Shown here one piece after another: positions 38,370-48,838 of a stretch of 56,128 bases of DNA. The stretch's first letter is position 1; each line of letters begins with the position of its first letter. This stretch comes from Candidatus Sigynarchaeum calidifontis (GTDB taxonomy: Archaea; Asgardarchaeota; Lokiarchaeia; Sigyniarchaeales; Sigyniarchaeaceae), in contig JAUQYZ020000262.1 of NCBI GenBank assembly GCA_030587475.2, positions 1-56,128 of the forward strand, given 5' to 3'. The notes under the pieces were generated by a model that saw only the letters and a program-made list of their open reading frames with translations, was not told the DNA's origin and ran no database searches. The position numbers were made by a program, and so were the translations under genes.

Positions 38370-38885
38370 TCATTTCTTGAGGTCCGCCTTGATGCTGGCG
38401 GGGATCTCGACCCCGAAGGTCTTGATCTCCGCGATGAACTTGTCGATGTCGTCCATCTCGATGTCAAAGTCGGATGCCATGTCGATGTACGGCTCGAGCA
38501 GCGTGAACTTCTCGCCGAGGGACAGGGCATCCCATTGTTTCTGGTTGTATTTCGGGATGATGTCGTCCACGTTCTCGCCCTCGTCGGCACTTTCCTCGGC
38601 ATCCTTCCTGGCGGCAGAGTATGCCTTGAAATCGACTTGCTTTTTGTTGATCTTGAAGAATTCGGCAAAACACGAGTACGCGTTGTCCTCCTTCACGTAT
38701 GCAAGCTGGACATCGATGATGTATCCCGCGACCGTCGATGGCTTCACGGTTCCATCGGCTGCTGGTTTCGGGGGTTCCTCGTCGGCAACATATGTCATGG
38801 AACTCTGGTGATCCTCGACTTCCCATTTCGCATCGAGAGGCTTGTATTTTTTCCCTTGATATTTCGCTTTCTGGGCTTTAGACAT
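38370..38885 (-). CDS. Acidic hypothetical protein
   Basis: Protein-like D/E/K-rich composition; GAGGTGA upstream of ATG 38885. Confidence 0.7.
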   Translation of the reverse strand: MSKAQKAKYQGKKYKPLDAKWEVEDHQSSMTYVADEEPPKPAADGTVKPSTVAGYIIDVQLAYVKEDNAYSCFAEFFKINKKQVDFKAYSAARKDAEESADEGENVDDIIPKYNQKQWDALSLGEKFTLLEPYIDMASDFDIEMDDIDKFIAEIKTFGVEIPASIKADLKK

Positions 38886-39127
38886 GTCGTTCACCTCTAT
38901 AATCGAAGGCGGCCAGCCGGCCACGCGAGTCGTGCGCTGACTTGCCGCCCCATGGGTGGATCAATGCCGTCACGAAGATAATGTTTCGCCCGAAAGGGTG
39001 ATGCACGGGCGAGTCAAGGCGAGATCATGCGAGGTTCACGCCCGGCGGGTATTGAAAAAAAAATGTCTACGAAAACAGCAAATTCTCAAAAAATGAATGG
39101 CATCGCTAGTGAAAAAAGGGGAATCGG

Positions 39128-39727
39128 CTAGTAGAACCGCTTGACCAGCTTCACCTTGGTCGTGTCCTCGTCATAGATGACCAGGTTTTCCCTCGCCAGC
39201 TCGTGCACCGCACGCAAGACCATGGCACCGGAGATGCCGGTCGCGTTCTTGATGTGGTCGCGGGTCATCTCGCTCGCGCCGCCGTGCAAGACGTAGAGGA
39301 TGCGCGCGTGCGGCTGGCCCTGGAAAATTTTTTCCAGCAAGATGCTGAGGATGCTCAGCGATGCCTTGAGGTCTTCGAATTTGAGTTCCTTTCCCTCGAA
39401 ATCCTTCACCATCGCGGTGAATTTCTTGAGCTGTTCCTCGATCGACGCGTATTCCTTCAAAATCCGCTGTTGCTCGTCGGAGAGCTGGGAGATCTTCTCC
39501 TCCTTCTTCTGTTTCTCCGTTTCGAGCAGCTTGCGTTCCCGGTCGAGGTCTTCGATCGTTGCCTTGTTGTCCTTGAGGATTTTCTTGATGTCTTCGATGA
39601 TCGGGTCGAGCGTTTCAAATTTCTCTAGGGCCTCGCGAAATTCCTTTCTCGTCGCTCTCAAGCTCAACCCTATCTTGTCGACATCCGCGAGTGCCTTGTC
39701 GATTCTCTCGATCGAGGTGGGATCCAT
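39128..39727 (-). CDS. Coiled-coil protein with C-terminal winged HTH
   Basis: Heptad-rich region of about 130 aa, then ARILYVLH...RDHIKNATGISGAMVLRAVHELARENLV. Confidence 0.75.
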   Translation of the reverse strand: MDPTSIERIDKALADVDKIGLSLRATRKEFREALEKFETLDPIIEDIKKILKDNKATIEDLDRERKLLETEKQKKEEKISQLSDEQQRILKEYASIEEQLKKFTAMVKDFEGKELKFEDLKASLSILSILLEKIFQGQPHARILYVLHGGASEMTRDHIKNATGISGAMVLRAVHELARENLVIYDEDTTKVKLVKRFY

Positions 39728-39955
39728 GCACGTGCACCAGGAAACGTGGCCTCTTGTTGGCCTTGCGAGGTCGTCCGTTAAAGATCCCATCGATGCCGGC
39801 ATATATCAAATTATATCCACCCGCTTGCACGGGCAAATGATCCATCTGTAATGCCATGACGAGTCGCATTTTCTGTAATCGCGGAGGTTAAAGCATCGTG
39901 TTGGCATGTTTATTGCGATAGAAAGCAAATCAATGGCACCCACGGGCGAAACGAG

Positions 39956-40468
39956 ATGGACATCGACCAGCTCAAGAAAAAGATCCCCGACATGTTCGAG
40001 AGGATCAAGCGCGACGTGCAAAAGGTGCTCAAGCAGCGCCGTGCCGGCTTGAACCTGGGCTTCGTGGACATGGGGATGAGTCCCCAAGGATTCATTGGCG
40101 GCATGTTTTTCAGCGGCGGCACCATGATACTCATGAACACGCGTGCGCTTCAAGTCCTCCTCGAGGAAACGAAAAACCACGACATCCCAGAAATAGCGGA
40201 GTATTACGTCTATCACGTGCTCATGCACGAATATATCCATTCTCTCGGGTATCTCGACGAGCACGAGTGCCGGGAGGTTACTGCCTACATCACGCACGAG
40301 TTATATCCCCATGATCACCCGATCGCCATCATGGCCGACCGAGGCATCGGTGTGTACTTCCCGCGGTTCGTCTACGCCCCGGAAAACTTCGCGTTCAAGC
40401 CGCCGCATGATACCAGCATCGAGCTGGTCAAGGGCTTCGATCGCAGCTCTACCACGTACTTCACGTGA
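39956..40468 (+). CDS. Zincin-like metallopeptidase domain protein
   Basis: HVLMHEYIHSLGYLDE (HExxH). Confidence 0.7.
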   Translation: MDIDQLKKKIPDMFERIKRDVQKVLKQRRAGLNLGFVDMGMSPQGFIGGMFFSGGTMILMNTRALQVLLEETKNHDIPEIAEYYVYHVLMHEYIHSLGYLDEHECREVTAYITHELYPHDHPIAIMADRGIGVYFPRFVYAPENFAFKPPHDTSIELVKGFDRSSTTYFT

Positions 40469-40543
40469 CCTTTCTACTCCTTGATTAAGAACGCGTGTCG
40501 CGGGGAAATTCATAAATCGTTTCGCCTCCTTTTTGTCGCGCGT

Positions 40544-41698
40544 ATGACGGACGCGAGCGTGCTTGATGATATTGGCAAAATGGCCTCGCTCGATCCCCAA
40601 GGCATGTTGGGTATCGTCGAAACCTCGCCGGATTTTATAAAATGGTGCTTGAACGAGTTCGAGCTCGAAAATGGAAGGAACATCGAGAAATCCATACAAA
40701 AACTCATCCCGAAGAAGCTGGCGGGCATTTTCATCTCGGGCATGGGAGGTTCAGCGATCTCCGGGGACATTATTCGTGATTGGATCGCGGACGCCATCCA
40801 GGTTCCCGTCATCGTGAACAGGGAGTACCGATTACCCGCGTGCATAAACCCTTCCTGGCTCGGTTTCTTCTTGTCTTACTCCGGCAACACGGAGGAAACG
40901 CTATCGGCGTACCTCGATGCAAAGCGGCGCGGTATCAAGTGCATCTGCGTCACGTCTGGTGGCAGCCTGGATGAAGCCGCCGTGAAGGCAGGTGACTTGC
41001 GATTGAGAGTGCCCGGTGGCTTGCAACCCAGGGCAGCCTTGCTCTACTTGTTCACCGCGCTCGCGATAGCCGTCGCGGACTGCAATTTACTCGACAAGAA
41101 AGCAATGATGGCCGATCTCCAAGAATCTTACCAGGTTCTCGGTTCTTTATCCAAGACACTCGGCCATGCCGTCGCGCTCAAGGACAATCTTGCCAAACAA
41201 CATGCTGCTGCCGTTCACGGCACGGCCATCCTCGTGTATGGCTTCGATTTTTACCAATCCGCAGCTCGGCGGTTCAAGGGGCAGCTGAACGAGAACGGCA
41301 AGAACCCGGCATATTACGACGTGTTCCCGGAGCTGAACCACAATGAAACGGTCGGCTGGGAGGTCGAGCCCCGCATCGCCCGGACGTTCTCTTGCTTCTT
41401 CATCAGGGATCCCGCACAAGAATCTCCAGCGCTCAAGGTACGCATCGAGTTCACCAAGCAGCTCGTCGCCGCAAAGGCGAACTCTGCTATTGAAATCGCG
41501 CCGGTGGGCAAGTCCAGGCTCGCGCGCATGCTCTCGATCATATACATGGCGGATTTTATCTCCGTGTACCTGGCATTCTTGAACAATGCCGATCCAACGC
41601 CCGTGAAGTATATCCAGGGTTTGAAGGATGAACTGCGCAAGAAAGCGAACACGCAAGCCGATATCTCGGCAGGTATCGAAAAGATCGGTAAAAAGTGA
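40544..41698 (+). CDS. Bifunctional phosphoglucose/phosphomannose isomerase
   Basis: GMGGSAISG, SYSGNTEET, QPRAA, NENGK, PELNHNE. Confidence 0.92.
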   Translation: MTDASVLDDIGKMASLDPQGMLGIVETSPDFIKWCLNEFELENGRNIEKSIQKLIPKKLAGIFISGMGGSAISGDIIRDWIADAIQVPVIVNREYRLPACINPSWLGFFLSYSGNTEETLSAYLDAKRRGIKCICVTSGGSLDEAAVKAGDLRLRVPGGLQPRAALLYLFTALAIAVADCNLLDKKAMMADLQESYQVLGSLSKTLGHAVALKDNLAKQHAAAVHGTAILVYGFDFYQSAARRFKGQLNENGKNPAYYDVFPELNHNETVGWEVEPRIARTFSCFFIRDPAQESPALKVRIEFTKQLVAAKANSAIEIAPVGKSRLARMLSIIYMADFISVYLAFLNNADPTPVKYIQGLKDELRKKANTQADISAGIEKIGKK

Positions 41699-41710
41699 GG
41701 AGAAGGACCC

Positions 41711-43111
41711 ATGGTTGATTCACCGTTCATTCAAGAAATCAAGTTCACCACGAACGGCATCCGCGGTGTCGCGAACCAGGATCTCACGCCGTATACTTGC
41801 GCCCGCATCGGCCAGGCCATTGGAAATTGCCTGAAGCGTGAAAAGGGAAGCAGCGTCATCATTTCCACGGATTACCGAACGAGCGGTCCCATCATCAAGC
41901 ACGCCATCATCTCGGGTCTCATCTCGATGGGCATCAACGTGACCGATGCCGGGCATTTGCCAACCCCGGCACTCCAGAAATACATCAAGGACACGGCGCG
42001 CTATTCCATGGGCCTCATGATCACCGCGTCCCACAACCCGCCGCAATACAACGGCATCAAGGTCATCGACGGGGATGGCATCGAGATACCGCCCAGAAAA
42101 GAAGCGGAAATCGAGAAATGCTACAAGAACTGGAAGCCTGATGCTGACTTGCCAGAATGGAATGCCACCGGCCATCTCACGCTGGATTCGGGGGTTATCG
42201 AGCATTACATCGCGAGCATCGTGAAACACGCGAGGGTCGAAAAGGAAAGGGCGCATGACGTCCACGTGATAGTCGACCCCGGCAACGGCATCACGTGTGC
42301 CTATTACCAAACCCTGCTGGACAAGCTCGGCGTCAAGTACACGTCGATCTTCGACACGCCAGACGGCACGTTCCCGAACCGCGAATCGGAACCCACGCCC
42401 GATACATTGAAGGTTCTCAGCAGGAAAGTCGTGGAAGAGGGTGCTAGCTTCGGCGTGGGGTTCGACGGAGATGGCGATAGAGCGATCTTCATAGATAACG
42501 AAGGAACATTCCACTGGGGAGATGAAAGCTTTGCCATCATCCTCGATGACTTGCTGGAAACGTACAAGGGCTGGGTCGTCACGCCCGTGAGTTCCTCGGT
42601 GCTCGTGCAAGACGTGGTCGACGCGCATGGAGCCAAGCTCGAGTGGACAAAAGTGGGCAGCATAACGGTTTCGAGACGCATGTTGGAACTGGACGCGATC
42701 ATCGCGGGCGAGGAGAACGGGGGCATCTTTTACAATCCCCACCAGCCCGTCAGGGACGGCGGGATGGCACTCGCCCTCATCATCGGGGTCATGACCCGCA
42801 ATTGCTGCGATATCGGGACGCTGTTCAAGGCCTTGCCCAAGTACCACTTGCACAAGGAAACCATCCAGGTCAAGCAGAAGGAGAAAGACAAGATCATGTC
42901 CCGTGTTGCCGACGCGGTCAAGAAAGAAAAGTTCGACAAGCTTATCACGATAGACGGGGTCAAGGTGTTCAAGAATGGTGGATCGGTCTTGATACGGGCT
43001 TCCGGTACCGAGCCGAAATTCCGAAGCTTCGCGGATGGCAAATCGAAAGAAATAGCCGAGCAACTCGCAAAGTGGGGCATAGAACTCGTCAAGCAGTCCA
43101 TGAAGGATTGA
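41711..43111 (+). CDS. Phosphohexomutase (PMM/PGM/GlmM family)
   Basis: TASHNP, FDGDGDR, GEENGG, RASGTEP. Confidence 0.92.
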   Translation: MVDSPFIQEIKFTTNGIRGVANQDLTPYTCARIGQAIGNCLKREKGSSVIISTDYRTSGPIIKHAIISGLISMGINVTDAGHLPTPALQKYIKDTARYSMGLMITASHNPPQYNGIKVIDGDGIEIPPRKEAEIEKCYKNWKPDADLPEWNATGHLTLDSGVIEHYIASIVKHARVEKERAHDVHVIVDPGNGITCAYYQTLLDKLGVKYTSIFDTPDGTFPNRESEPTPDTLKVLSRKVVEEGASFGVGFDGDGDRAIFIDNEGTFHWGDESFAIILDDLLETYKGWVVTPVSSSVLVQDVVDAHGAKLEWTKVGSITVSRRMLELDAIIAGEENGGIFYNPHQPVRDGGMALALIIGVMTRNCCDIGTLFKALPKYHLHKETIQVKQKEKDKIMSRVADAVKKEKFDKLITIDGVKVFKNGGSVLIRASGTEPKFRSFADGKSKEIAEQLAKWGIELVKQSMKD

Positions 43112-43176
43112 ATGCACGGGAACGTGGCTTGCGTCCCTGCTCCGCCGCCATCCATCGAACCATGCTTGGTGTGTGC

Positions 43177-43734
43177 ATGATGGTCAAGAATTGGGAAAAA
43201 TTGAAAGAAACGTTGAAAGGCTCGTTTCGCGTGTTCTCGGTAATCGAGGCGACGTTCGCCAACCCCTACAACCGGAAGAACGTGCATGCCTTCATCATCG
43301 ATTGCGACCAGTGGGTGAACGTGATAGCCACCACCAAGGCACAAGAAATGGTTATCATCAAACAATTCCGCTTTGGATCGAATCGCATCGAAGTCGAGGT
43401 GCCCGGGGGCATCATCGAGAAAGGCGAGGATCCCGCTCATGCCGCCGCGAGAGAATTGCGTGAGGAAACCGGATTCGTGGGAGATGCGCCGGAACTCGTG
43501 GGCCGGGTGAACCCGAATCCCGCCTTGCACCACCACTGGTGCTACACCTACTGGATCAAGAACGCAGAGAAGAAGGGTGAACCGCAGTTCGACGGCCTGA
43601 ACGAGCGATGTGACGTGTCTATCGAGACGATCTCCCACGTTAAAAAGATGATCGAGGATGGTACCATCGCGCACGGGCTGGTCATGGACGCTATTTTCTG
43701 GTTTTTCCTCCGCGCGGGAATGGTGGCCGTGTAA
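43177..43734 (+). CDS. NUDIX hydrolase (ADP-ribose pyrophosphatase-like)
   Basis: QFR, PGGIIEKGEDPAHAAARELREETG Nudix box. Confidence 0.88.
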   Translation: MMVKNWEKLKETLKGSFRVFSVIEATFANPYNRKNVHAFIIDCDQWVNVIATTKAQEMVIIKQFRFGSNRIEVEVPGGIIEKGEDPAHAAARELREETGFVGDAPELVGRVNPNPALHHHWCYTYWIKNAEKKGEPQFDGLNERCDVSIETISHVKKMIEDGTIAHGLVMDAIFWFFLRAGMVAV

Positions 43735-43746
43735 CCGGGATCGTCA

Positions 43747-44295
43747 TTATTGCTTTTTGCTTTTTTTTAGGTTCCCAAGCCACATGTCGTCGAATCGATC
43801 CGCTGGTCTCTTGAGCATGTCCTTGAACACGTCGATGATCTTTTGCTTGAACGGCTCGATGTTCACGGTTTCGATATACCCCTCCTTTTCGATCGTAGCC
43901 ATGAACATGTCTCCTATTTGCTTGATCTTCGCTTGCACGGCCTTGATGATAGTCTCGTCCAAGTTGTCGGACATCGAGTCGATGATCGCGTAGACGAGGG
44001 CGATCCGCCCGGGATCATTGGAAGATGCTTTCGACGCGATGTCGGCACGTGGATTGTTTCCAGCAAGATTGTTCAATACCTCGGGCTTGATCTCGAAGCC
44101 ATTAAACAAGATGGTGTACTTCTCGACATTGAGCCGCTTGAGCACGTGATCACGAAAGATTTCAGGAACGATGGAATAGATCCCAGCGATGATCTGGTCC
44201 CTCGTTATGTCGCTGAGGGTCTCGTCCCGGCGGTAAAAACCAACGCGCACGAGGGACTTTTCTCGATGCAATATACCGATCTCGACGACGAACAT
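43747..44295 (-). CDS. Soluble longin-like hypothetical protein
   Basis: beta-beta-alpha-beta-beta-beta-alpha-alpha pattern: VEIGIL, LVRVGF, DQIIAGIYSIVPEIF, LVYAIID, IKQIGDMF, FKQKIIDVF. Confidence 0.55.
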   Translation of the reverse strand: MFVVEIGILHREKSLVRVGFYRRDETLSDITRDQIIAGIYSIVPEIFRDHVLKRLNVEKYTILFNGFEIKPEVLNNLAGNNPRADIASKASSNDPGRIALVYAIIDSMSDNLDETIIKAVQAKIKQIGDMFMATIEKEGYIETVNIEPFKQKIIDVFKDMLKRPADRFDDMWLGNLKKSKKQ

Positions 44296-44673
44296 GCCAG
44301 ATTCCTGTATATATTCAGCGCTATGCGATCTTGTTACCGGGCCGGGCTAGATATGATCAAAAGAACCATTTGGGTGTATTTAAAACCGTCCGAGCGGGAT
44401 TGGAAGGTGCCAGCCATGGCTCGCGTTAGGTCGAAGGTGAATGTGAATGCAAAGGAAATAAAAATATGCTCAGTTTCACTTCGACAAGCAATTATTTTTC
44501 TACAACAATGGTCGAACGAAACTGCTCATGGGGAATACATTAAAGCAATAGAAATGCCACGGTTCCGAGAAGTTGGAAAAACTATTCCGGTCGTGGTTTA
44601 TAAGGCACGTTTGAAGGTTTTTAATCTTGTAAGCATATTACATTCTGTACATCATTAACAACCGAATGTGATA

Positions 44674-45108
44674 ATGATGGCCAAGATACTTGACAATCTT
44701 TTATACACCCGGACGCACCAATGGGTAAAAATCGAAGGTGATGTCGCTACAGTCGGGCTCACCGATTATGCGCAGGAGCAATTAGGCGAGATCGTCTATG
44801 TGGAACTTTCGTGGGATGAGGGCCTCAAGGGCAAGAAACTCACCGCCGTGAAATACGACGCGAAGGGCGAGCCCGCATCCGACCCGATTTCGGGCGTTAG
44901 CGTCGAATCCCAGAAAGCGGTGGGTGATGTCTACGCGCCTCTCTCTGGCGAGGTCGTTGAAGTGAACGATGCACTCAAGGATGCCCCCGAGGCCATCAAT
45001 TCAGATCCTTACGGGAAGGGGTGGCTCTTTAAAATCAAGGCATCGGCCTTGGACGCGGAGAAAGGCAACCTTCTCACGCCAGCGAAGTACAAGGAAATCG
45101 CGCAATAG
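44674..45108 (+). CDS. gcvH: Glycine cleavage H / lipoyl-carrier protein
   Basis: YTRTHQW, VGLTDYAQ, VESQKAV (lipoyl Lys), APLSGEV, NSDPYGKGW. Confidence 0.88.
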   Translation: MMAKILDNLLYTRTHQWVKIEGDVATVGLTDYAQEQLGEIVYVELSWDEGLKGKKLTAVKYDAKGEPASDPISGVSVESQKAVGDVYAPLSGEVVEVNDALKDAPEAINSDPYGKGWLFKIKASALDAEKGNLLTPAKYKEIAQ

Positions 45109-45139
45109 ATTTATCCCTTTTCTTTTCATTTCTTACTTT

Positions 45140-45958
45140 TCAATCCATCAATCTTTTTAAATATGAGATGGACGTGGCTGCAACTTCGTTCGCATCAACG
45201 TCATTGCGGAAAGCTTCCACCGAGATCCAGCCAGTGTACCCAACCCCTTCCAGCGATTGCAATATCGGCCGGTAATCGACCGTGCCCATGCCAGGCCCGA
45301 GCATGTTCTCATCGTTGGCGTGGAAATGGACGAATCGACCCCTTGACTTCATGATCATTTCGCACGGAGGTGCTGGTTCCGATAGCAAGGCCTTCACGTC
45401 AAGGTGCAGCCGGAGCGATGGGTTAGCAACGCGGTCGATGATGTCGATAGCCTCGGCGACCGTCGCGCCAAAATTCGTCACCGATGGCCCAAGCGGCTCG
45501 AACCCGATCACGATCCCGTGCGGCTCGCACGCCCGCGCCATTTCACCCAGGAAAGCGATCCCTCGCCGGATTGCCTCGTCCCGGGGCCAAGATGGGTCGA
45601 TATTCCGCTGTTTCGGGCTTCCAAAGACGAGCACCCGCACGCCGACATGTGCCGCGAAATCAACGAGCGCCCGAGCGAACGCCATCGTTTTATCTCGGAC
45701 AGCGGGGTCGGGGGACGTGATGGACATTCCTTGGGGCGATGATAGCAGCCAGTGCATCGCGGGCAGTTCGAGCCCATACCGAGCCGCGACGGCGCGCACG
45801 CCATCCACCGCCTCGGCCGGTAAATCACGGATGTCATTCGCAATGATATATGGCGCGAGCTCGATTCCATCATAGCCGAATTTCCTCGCTTGCTCGCAGC
45901 AAGTTTCGATCGGCACCGCACCGAACAGTTCCTGGCAGATGGCGACTTTCCATTTCAT
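45140..45958 (-). CDS. Sugar phosphate isomerase/epimerase (ketose 3-epimerase-like TIM barrel)
   Basis: GIELAP, VFGSP.QR, FEPL, HLD, HFHAND, PGMG, SVE. Confidence 0.82.
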   Translation of the reverse strand: MKWKVAICQELFGAVPIETCCEQARKFGYDGIELAPYIIANDIRDLPAEAVDGVRAVAARYGLELPAMHWLLSSPQGMSITSPDPAVRDKTMAFARALVDFAAHVGVRVLVFGSPKQRNIDPSWPRDEAIRRGIAFLGEMARACEPHGIVIGFEPLGPSVTNFGATVAEAIDIIDRVANPSLRLHLDVKALLSEPAPPCEMIMKSRGRFVHFHANDENMLGPGMGTVDYRPILQSLEGVGYTGWISVEAFRNDVDANEVAATSISYLKRLMD

Positions 45959-45983
45959 GTTTGTTTCTCACGTCATTGCTTCG

Positions 45984-48050
45984 TCATGCCCGAGAACGAC
46001 GGCCGAGAAAAACCTCGAACCGGTCCGCCAAGCTGGGAATAGGACGGCTGTCGACCCACGAATGTATAGCTTGTAGACCTTGCATACGAGTTTCGAGTAT
46101 CCGGTTTGGCCGATCCGCCGTGATTTCTTGTATTTTACCTTGCCTGGCGAGAATTTCCTTTATCGCTTCGCCTTCCTTGCTTGCCACGACATAACAAGGA
46201 TGAATGGATGGCTCATTGGCTAGCTGCTCGGCCATGGCGGCCAGGATCGCGTAATGCGTGATCGCCGCGTCGCGTGCCGCGAGGTATTCGTGTATCTCTT
46301 CGATGCTATTGACCATGATGCCATCTTCAAACCGCGAGACTAGTTCTCTGGCTGCATCCCGCGCCCGCTGCAAGCCATCCCTTGACCGCACGATCCCGCC
46401 GGCGATGGCCATGCGATGCCTGATTTCCCCCATCACTGCCGCCACGTGGATCATTGTTCTTGCTTCAGCCGTCCCACCAGGTTGGAACCGCGCGAGCAAT
46501 GGCTCGAGCTGCTCCTTTGCTGCGCGTTTGATGGACGCCATGTCCACGGGCAAGGCAGTCACGAGCTGGCGCGCGATGTGCCGCGCGGCGCGCAACCCGC
46601 CGACCTGACCCGCGTTGAGCGCCGAACCACCCGGTCGGTGCTGGCCATGCGAGCCATTTGCCTCGCCAACGGGATAAAGCCCGCGCACGCTTGTCGATTC
46701 CCAGTTCACATCGCCCGTGAAGCCCCCGTTGCAGTGTTGCGCAGCGACGTGGATCTCGATCGCCTCCGATCTCAAGTCGATGCCATGATCCGAAAACACT
46801 TTGATCGCGAGCGGGTTCAATGCTTCGAGTCTATCGATGGGATTTGCTTGCATGGCATTTAAAGATTCGAGATATTGCCGGGCCTCGTCGGGAAGTTCCT
46901 TGAGGGAGAATGATCCACCAGTGAGATCCCACGGGTTTAACCGGAAGTCCATGCACACTTTTTTACCACGCTGCACCACGGCATCGTAAACGGCAAGGTC
47001 GACGATGGACGAGTGATTCCGTGCCGCCTTGTCGCACTTGGCGGGATTGAACGGCCAGTGATATCCTTTAAGAAAGGTCTGGAAGGCCGCATCGCTAGTC
47101 GATGGAAGCCAGCCATGTAGCAGTTCAATTCGCTCGCCGGGCATATCGCCCTCCACCCAGTACGCAGGAATCACTTGCTGGAACGAACCGCTCAAGTTCC
47201 ACCGGAATTTTTTCGATGCGATCCCGTATTGCATGAAAGCAAGGTTTTGCATGGCTGCCCCGGCCTCGATACCAAGACCGTGCGCGCACCGTTGCCGGAT
47301 CGGGTAAACCGACGCTTCGTAGATGTTGGCTGGACCGCCCGTCGCAAGCACGATGGCCGGCGCGCGAACGATCACCACGTGCACGTCTTTCAGCGACGTG
47401 ATTGCTTGTTTCTGCCCCTTGCTTCCGGACATGTCCAGACAAGCGATCCCCGCGGCACGATTTTCCAATCCCATGCTTTCCACGAGGATTTTCATGGCAA
47501 AGTGTTGATCGAGGATGCCGATACCGAGGCGTGCGACCTCGCGCGCGAGGGCCTCGACCATGTCGCGCGACGTGTAGGGTCCCGCGGACGTCCCTCGCTG
47601 GCGCGTGTCGTTGTCGGTCTGGTAGCCGGGATAGATGCCGAACTCGTTCCTTGGGAACGCGACGCCTAATCGAACCAGGTGAAAAAATTCCTCTATCGAT
47701 CCAGCGGCCTCTACAAGAGCAATATCCCCGTGCATCGAACCGCCAATAAACAAGTCCCTTGCCATCTCGAGTGGAGAATCGGTTCCCGCGCCCGAGATGG
47801 AGAGCTTGTAATAGGTTTGCTTGTCAGATCCCGCGTTATACGACGTGCCGCCTCCCCACTCATCCGTGATGATGACGATGGATGCGGGATCCACACCCTC
47901 TTCGGCGATGTGAATCGCGGCATTCAAACCTGCCGCACCGGAGCCGATCACCGCCACGCGGGCATCGAACACGGGCACGTCGATGGCCGTCCCTCGCAGG
48001 GTCAAGGGCACGGATGCCACGCGGGGCAGCGCTGCTGCGCGGGGTTTCAC
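45984..48050 (-). CDS. FAD-binding oxidoreductase (SdhA/FrdA/NadB-like flavoprotein)
   Basis: IGSGAAG, TSYNAGSDKQTYY, LATGGP, QHCNGG, GEANG...RPGGSALN. Confidence 0.8.
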   Translation of the reverse strand: MKPRAAALPRVASVPLTLRGTAIDVPVFDARVAVIGSGAAGLNAAIHIAEEGVDPASIVIITDEWGGGTSYNAGSDKQTYYKLSISGAGTDSPLEMARDLFIGGSMHGDIALVEAAGSIEEFFHLVRLGVAFPRNEFGIYPGYQTDNDTRQRGTSAGPYTSRDMVEALAREVARLGIGILDQHFAMKILVESMGLENRAAGIACLDMSGSKGQKQAITSLKDVHVVIVRAPAIVLATGGPANIYEASVYPIRQRCAHGLGIEAGAAMQNLAFMQYGIASKKFRWNLSGSFQQVIPAYWVEGDMPGERIELLHGWLPSTSDAAFQTFLKGYHWPFNPAKCDKAARNHSSIVDLAVYDAVVQRGKKVCMDFRLNPWDLTGGSFSLKELPDEARQYLESLNAMQANPIDRLEALNPLAIKVFSDHGIDLRSEAIEIHVAAQHCNGGFTGDVNWESTSVRGLYPVGEANGSHGQHRPGGSALNAGQVGGLRAARHIARQLVTALPVDMASIKRAAKEQLEPLLARFQPGGTAEARTMIHVAAVMGEIRHRMAIAGGIVRSRDGLQRARDAARELVSRFEDGIMVNSIEEIHEYLAARDAAITHYAILAAMAEQLANEPSIHPCYVVASKEGEAIKEILARQGKIQEITADRPNRILETRMQGLQAIHSWVDSRPIPSLADRFEVFLGRRSRA

Positions 48051-48835
48051 AAGCGCCGTAAGTGGAACCCCCCGTCAACGTCAAATACGTTACCTGTCGC
48101 ATAAGGAAAACGACCGCTCACGATTGCAGCCACGGCCTCGGCAATTTCCTCGGCCTTCCCGATCCGCTTGATCGGCAAGAGGCCATCATCGATCAACGCC
48201 TTGTATTTCTCGATCACTCCGCTGGTCATGTCGGTCTCGATGATGCCGGGCCGTATCTCGTGCACGGGAATGATACCAGCTAGTCTCGAAGCATACAACG
48301 CCGTCATCATCGAAACACCCGCTTTCGAGATGCAATATGCTGCCCGGTTGGTTGATGCCGTGTAAGCGGAAATACTCGAGATGTTGATGATGCACGGGCT
48401 GTACGCCGGGATCTTGCCGCTCTCGACGATCTTGAGCATCAATTTCGCAACGGATTGCGTGAGGAAAAAAGGCCCATCGAGGTTCACGCCCATCACCTCG
48501 CTATATTCTTCGGGCGTGATGTCTAGTATGTCTTTTCGTTCGCGCGGTGCCAAGCCTGCGTTGTTCACGAGGACATCGATGCGTTTCGCTTCGTGCTCGA
48601 TGAAATCGAGCAACTTGAGCCGCCCGCTTGGCACGGACACGTCTGCTTGCACGTACCAGTATGGACTAGCTTGCCCTTTCTGGAGACCTTTTATAGCTTC
48701 CAGCTTGGTTGCGGGCAAGTTGGGAGCTGAAACTCCATTGAAGATGACGGAATACCCTTCGGCAAGAAATCTCGTGGCAATGGCAAAACCGATGCCCCGT
48801 GTCGATCCCGTGACGAGAGCTACTTTTCTTTCCAT
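48047..48835 (-). CDS. Short-chain dehydrogenase/reductase
   Basis: TGSTRGIG, NNAG, NISS, YCISK, PG.I.TDM, DGG. Confidence 0.9.
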   Translation of the reverse strand: MERKVALVTGSTRGIGFAIATRFLAEGYSVIFNGVSAPNLPATKLEAIKGLQKGQASPYWYVQADVSVPSGRLKLLDFIEHEAKRIDVLVNNAGLAPRERKDILDITPEEYSEVMGVNLDGPFFLTQSVAKLMLKIVESGKIPAYSPCIINISSISAYTASTNRAAYCISKAGVSMMTALYASRLAGIIPVHEIRPGIIETDMTSGVIEKYKALIDDGLLPIKRIGKAEEIAEAVAAIVSGRFPYATGNVFDVDGGFHLRRL

Positions 48836-48838
48836 GAT

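Noticed and set aside
41720-43117. 465-aa antisense ORF (also 33295-34146, 34581-35411, 37347-38342, 43843-44658)
   Set aside because: These shadow well-supported genes on the opposite strand, carry no motifs, and are expected from codon bias
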